Positions 60,001 through 64,000 of a DNA stretch of 64,000 nucleotides are shown piece by piece; the stretch's first letter is position 1, and each line of letters starts with the position of its first letter. A program made the translations under genes and the position numbers. Location: assembly GCF_964204645.1 (NCBI RefSeq), contig NC_134025.1, positions 22,176,299 to 22,240,298 on the forward strand, given 5' to 3'. A model generated the notes under the pieces. It was given only the letters and a program-made list of their open reading frames with translations, was not told the DNA's origin and ran no database searches. The stretch is from Tubulanus polymorphus. Its lineage: Eukaryota; Animalia; Nemertea.

Positions 60001-63000
60001 TGTTTGGTCAGGTCAGACTTCTCGCAACCCCTACAAAGAAGAATAGATTTCGCTGCGCTTTAAATACTAAGTGAAAGTCCTGGAATTGGTACAATTCAGA
60101 GACCCTTTGTGTGTACGTATTACTAGGAGTGGCTTGATTCTAGTTCTGTAAGGACTCTGCGGAAAGTTTTCAACAAGGGTGAGGTGTGAAAGGTGCGCTT
60201 TCTATTTGGTTTGTCAGTCAGAGTGTCAGTCAATGCCCGAGGACCAATCTTTAGATTTGCTATCTTTTCAAAACTTACGCAATGAAGCATAATCAACACT
60301 CACCGGTAATCGCATATGTTACATTTGAATGGCTTCAACGGAGCGTGTATTCGTAAATGGCGCTTCAAATGAGCTTTGCGCGTGAACTTTTTACCACAGA
60401 CGTTGCATTCGAACAGCACTTCAGCCGGTAGATGAACCATCTTATAGTGCATCTTTAATATGTACGTATCCTAGAGAAAATGAACAACGAACGATATTTA
60501 TCGTATTCATAATGCTACAGTCAAACAGGCATATGTCGTCATAGTTGGGATGATTATTATGTTGACACGAGTTATCCAAGTAACTGGAAATATATGAATG
60601 GGTACTCTAATAGTCAGTGAAGTGCCAAATTACCCGAGATCGACTGTATGAAATGAAATCTGGAGTTTTTGGTTGATAGAAATCAGGATTGTGGTGCTCT
60701 ACCAGACTCGGGAGAGTGTACCGTATTATGGTAGCATTCAACTTCATTTTTTTTCAACTGACAGAATATTAGTTGTTCATCGATCCGAATTTTGCCATTC
60801 GAACCAAATATCTACAGTCAACCGCCCACCCATATACCGCCACCCCTGCCTATTGCCAGGTTTCTCAATCTGCATCTCGATACAAATACAAAGTAAAAAG
60901 CAAAGTGTCGTGTGGGGCGGTGTGGCCGAGCGGTTAGAGCATTCAGCTCTGGGAAGCCAGGTCGTGGGTTCGAACCCCGTACATTGCCGTAGTGTCCTCG
61001 GGCAAGACACTTATCCCAAGACACATTGCCTCTCTCCACCCAGGAGTAAATGGGTACCTGGCCTGATAGATGACTCCTGAGCGTTTGTTAGCAGCTCAGT
61101 GTTACTTCTCCCCAAGGAGAGATGACTGATACATGATAGAGTATAAAATTGGCCGGGGTAATAATATCGAAAAAATGTAAAGTGCTCTGAGCAGCCTGGC
61201 TGGATTTAGCGCTATATAAGACACATATTATATATTATATTATTATAAAACACCCCCGATATACCGCCATACTCTCTATACCGCCAAAATTGTTCTGCAC
61301 CGATGTAGGCCGTATTTTCGGGGGTTTGCTGTACACGTATCTATACGGTTTTATAAACAACACACACACACACACACACCTTGTAACGTTTCCCGCATAC
61401 AGAGCAGACGCAGCCTTTCTCATCGTGTCGCATCATGTGCCTTTTAATAACATACGCGTAGTCGGCCGTGAAATGACAAATATGACATATATTCCGCGGA
61501 TGAGCTTCCTGCAAATAAACAATAGTTTGCGCGCTGGTTTCAGAGATTCGTCACCGATCGCTATGAAATATGCAAGAGAAATGGGTCGATATCTATCAAC
61601 TTACTAAGAAATGAGAGGTAAGAGATTCTTTATCGAACGTCAAGAACGAACAACACCGACACTTTATCAAATGCGAAGAGTGGTTTTTAAACAAGTGATC
61701 TTGATACTGATGATTGAAAAATGCCTGGAAATCGCAGAGTCGACACCGCAGCTTGTTCAGATAATCTTCATTCGCTTTTAAACCTAGAAATTTTTTTCGA
61801 AAATTAAAATAGACATATTCATGCCTGTTTAATCTATTGTATAGCTTCAATGTAAGTAATGGGTGAAAATACAATGAATTGGCAATAACTATACCTAATC
61901 TGACTGGTGTATTTTGTGGCATCAATACAGACATCATTGTCTTTGGTAGTTGAATCATGGTCGGCTGGACTTTGTCCCCCTGAGCGTTAGTTAATACTGG
62001 CAATATATTTTGCTGAAGCTGCATCGAATTCACCGTAATGATCTCGATCTCGAACTGTTTTTCCTCCTGTCCTTCGACTGAATATAAATAAACGTGAAAA
62101 AAAACGATACATAATTAGGGTTGAGTAACGCGTATGTAAATTTTGTGGACCTACAGAAGCTTGTGTTGTGATAGATTTCACTTTATTCTATCATTCAAGA
62201 AATACGAACAAGAACAGTATTAAAGTTATACAATTGCCCGCACCGCTGGCTCATTTACTGAACAATGTTGGAGTAAGAGGTGTTCATATATTTTCAGTGC
62301 CACTGGAATCTATCTATACATATATATCTAATTAATATAATGGTCGACGCATAAGCCCATTGAGGGCTGGGAAGTGTTTGAGTATAAAATGATTGTTTGT
62401 AAAGAAGATATTTTTAACTACATGTCACAATAATAAAATACAATCAGCAATCAGCTTGTATATATTAAGAACTGCAGGTAGCATCTATTATGGATGATAA
62501 ATACCTTCAAACTTTGCTGATTCTTCAGACAGTTTAGCCATTTCGTCGATTGTCTCATCAGCGATTTTCGAACCAGGTATCGGCGGTTTTACCTCCTTAA
62601 CCAGCCCCGCAACGTTTATGCTGATTTCGCGGTGCGTCCCTTCAGGCGTGACGACTACGAATGTAGTTTGTCCAGGTTCCGTCGGTGTTAGTGTTGGAAG
62701 TACGGTAGTTTTGAGACCCTAGAATTAACACGAAAACCATTATAATCAGTAGATAGCAATTAAGGATTAACTAATCTATGATGACTCCTCTTTTTTCAAA
62801 GGTTCCCACATTTGAAACAAATCATAAATATCTGTTTGAAAGCATTTCATTAGAGCACCGATAACCTACTCTATGTATTGTGACAATTTCTATGTACAAA
62901 CTAGGGGGTCCAGCAACACCAAGCCCAATTAATGAAATGATGACAATCTGACAATTTCCATATTCAACGCCCCTGCTGGATAAATACAGCAATTAAACAC

Positions 63001-63820
63001 CTTGAAATTCAACACAATCATAGACTAGGGGTCCAGGGAACCATGCCCACTTGGAAAGTGGTATCAAATGCTCAACAATCTAACGATTTCAATATTCAAT
63101 GCCCCCTGGTGGCCATATACAAAAAGCAATGACCTTGAAACTCACCAAAATCATAGAAAACGTTATGAGCTACAACTTTCCAATACATTGTGGTAACACA
63201 ATATGCTTAGGTATCAATATAATGTGGAAAAACTTTTTCCCACCTACAAATGAGCATTGATGACGCCAAGATGGCTGCCAATTGCGCCATAATTGGCTGA
63301 TCAAAAATACATGTCTCAGGTATAAAACATCCCTTTTCAAAGAATACCCATCACAAATTGCAATGAGAAATGGCAAACCTGTAGGAAGCTACAGGACTCA
63401 GAACTTGGGCCAAAATTTACATTTTTGGCCACTAAAATGGTCATAGGACGGCCATCAATAGCCCGCTGGGACTAAAGTCCCAAGTGGGCTAAAAATGTCA
63501 TGAGCTACAATTTTGCAATTCATTATGGTTACAAAATATGCAAAGGTACCAATATAAAGGAAATACCATGCTATTCTGCAATTCAACACCCCCTCATGAA
63601 CATACACAGATACTGCAATTGACTGGTAAGTGAAGAATGTATCATATTTATGCTATATACTAATCGACATATACTAAAATTATTGTTCAATGATGAAATA
63701 CCTGAGGAGCGAGAATAACAGTTTTTCCACCTCCAGTAGACGGAATGACGTATGCCGGCATTGGATTGCACAATTCTTCATCTGCAGGTGTCTGTCTGGG
63801 ACGACCGCGCCCACGCTTCA
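57063..63820 (-). CDS. AT-hook plus multi-C2H2 zinc-finger protein, 3' portion (5' exons beyond the window end). Exons (- strand): 63820-63702, 62718-62505, 62077-61895, 61783-61605, 61508-61380, 60470-60304, 60030-59911, 59314-59152, 58555-58468, 57790-57720, 57356-57063
   Basis: The spliced frame gives KRGRGRPR (AT-hook) and then about 9 C2H2-type fingers, e.g. CRLCDF..HLFKNH, CHICHF..HMMRH, CSVCGKRYKDTYILKMHYKMVH, CNVCGKKFTRKAHLKRHLRIH, CNICDYRGCEKSDLTKHMLVH, CEVCGKPF..HVKRH, CGLCEF..HIERIH, followed by an acidic tail. All introns are GT-AG and in phase. Confidence 0.92.
58075..58334. mobile_element. piggyBac-like non-autonomous element, copy 2
   Basis: TTAA-CCCTATCAGTGC...GCACTGAAAGGG, with internal inverted repeat tgcatctacaccgc / gcggtgtagatgca. 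Confidence 0.75.
60914..61246 (+). mobile_element. tRNA-derived SINE with CORE-like central domain and L2-like 3' tail
   Basis: A box TGGCCGAGCGG and B box GGTTCGAACCC, then gtgtcctcgggcaagacactt...ctctctccacccaggagtaaatgggtacc, ending in gtaaagtgctctgagcag...gcgctatataagacacata and an (ATT)-rich tail. Confidence 0.85.
62880..63560 (-). mobile_element. Helentron/HINE-like non-autonomous element with internal tandem repeats
   Basis: Terminal hairpin agcccgctgggactaaagtcccaagtgggct-aaaaa (63460-63495); two diverged ~130-bp units (ctagggg.tccag...tattcaa.gcccct...ccttgaaa...aatcataga); atgagctacaa... is duplicated at ~63165 and ~63500. A related end is present at ~8755-8805. Confidence 0.5.
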
Positions 63821-64000
63821 CTAAAACCATACAAAACATCACAAGTTTACTGTCAACCCCATATAATCTACATGGTAGATCCGAGTTTACTGGCCCAGAT
63901 GAATCCTGGATCCAGGCGAGGATTCCAGAGGATCTGCCAGGTTCACTAGTGGTTACTCAGTTACAGCGCTTCAATTTCGTCAACGTTTCAATCAAACTTT

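Noticed and set aside
60914-60990. Apparent third tRNA gene
   Set aside because: The acceptor and anticodon stems do not pair properly, and the sequence continues into a SINE body and tail.

Overview
This window is eukaryotic genomic DNA from an AT-rich invertebrate animal with short GT-AG introns; the species cannot be determined from the sequence. Five spliced protein-coding genes can be reconstructed: the 3' part of SND1/Tudor-SN (+), a complete TMEM9/TMEM9B-family gene (-), a complete two-pore channel TPCN2 (+, head-to-head with TMEM9), a complete D-type cyclin (+) behind a ~17 kb gene-free region, and the 3' part of an AT-hook/C2H2 zinc-finger gene (-). There are two tRNA genes (Gly-GCC, Thr-AGT), a tRNA-derived SINE, LINE remnants and many MITEs. 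The most notable observations are: (1) the TPCN2-desert-cyclin D order matches human 11q13.3; (2) Penelope-type minimal hammerhead ribozymes, one ~1.07 kb upstream of the cyclin D ATG; (3) a TMEM9 intron-1 cassette in which a perfect 28-nt antisense copy of exon 1 lies between two near-perfect hairpins; (4) a candidate 21-nt TMEM9 microexon encoding a YxxPhi motif; (5) two endolysosomal membrane-protein genes sharing one promoter region. Most ORFs in the supplied track are spurious or are exon read-throughs. Coordinates were read by eye and repeat boundaries are approximate.
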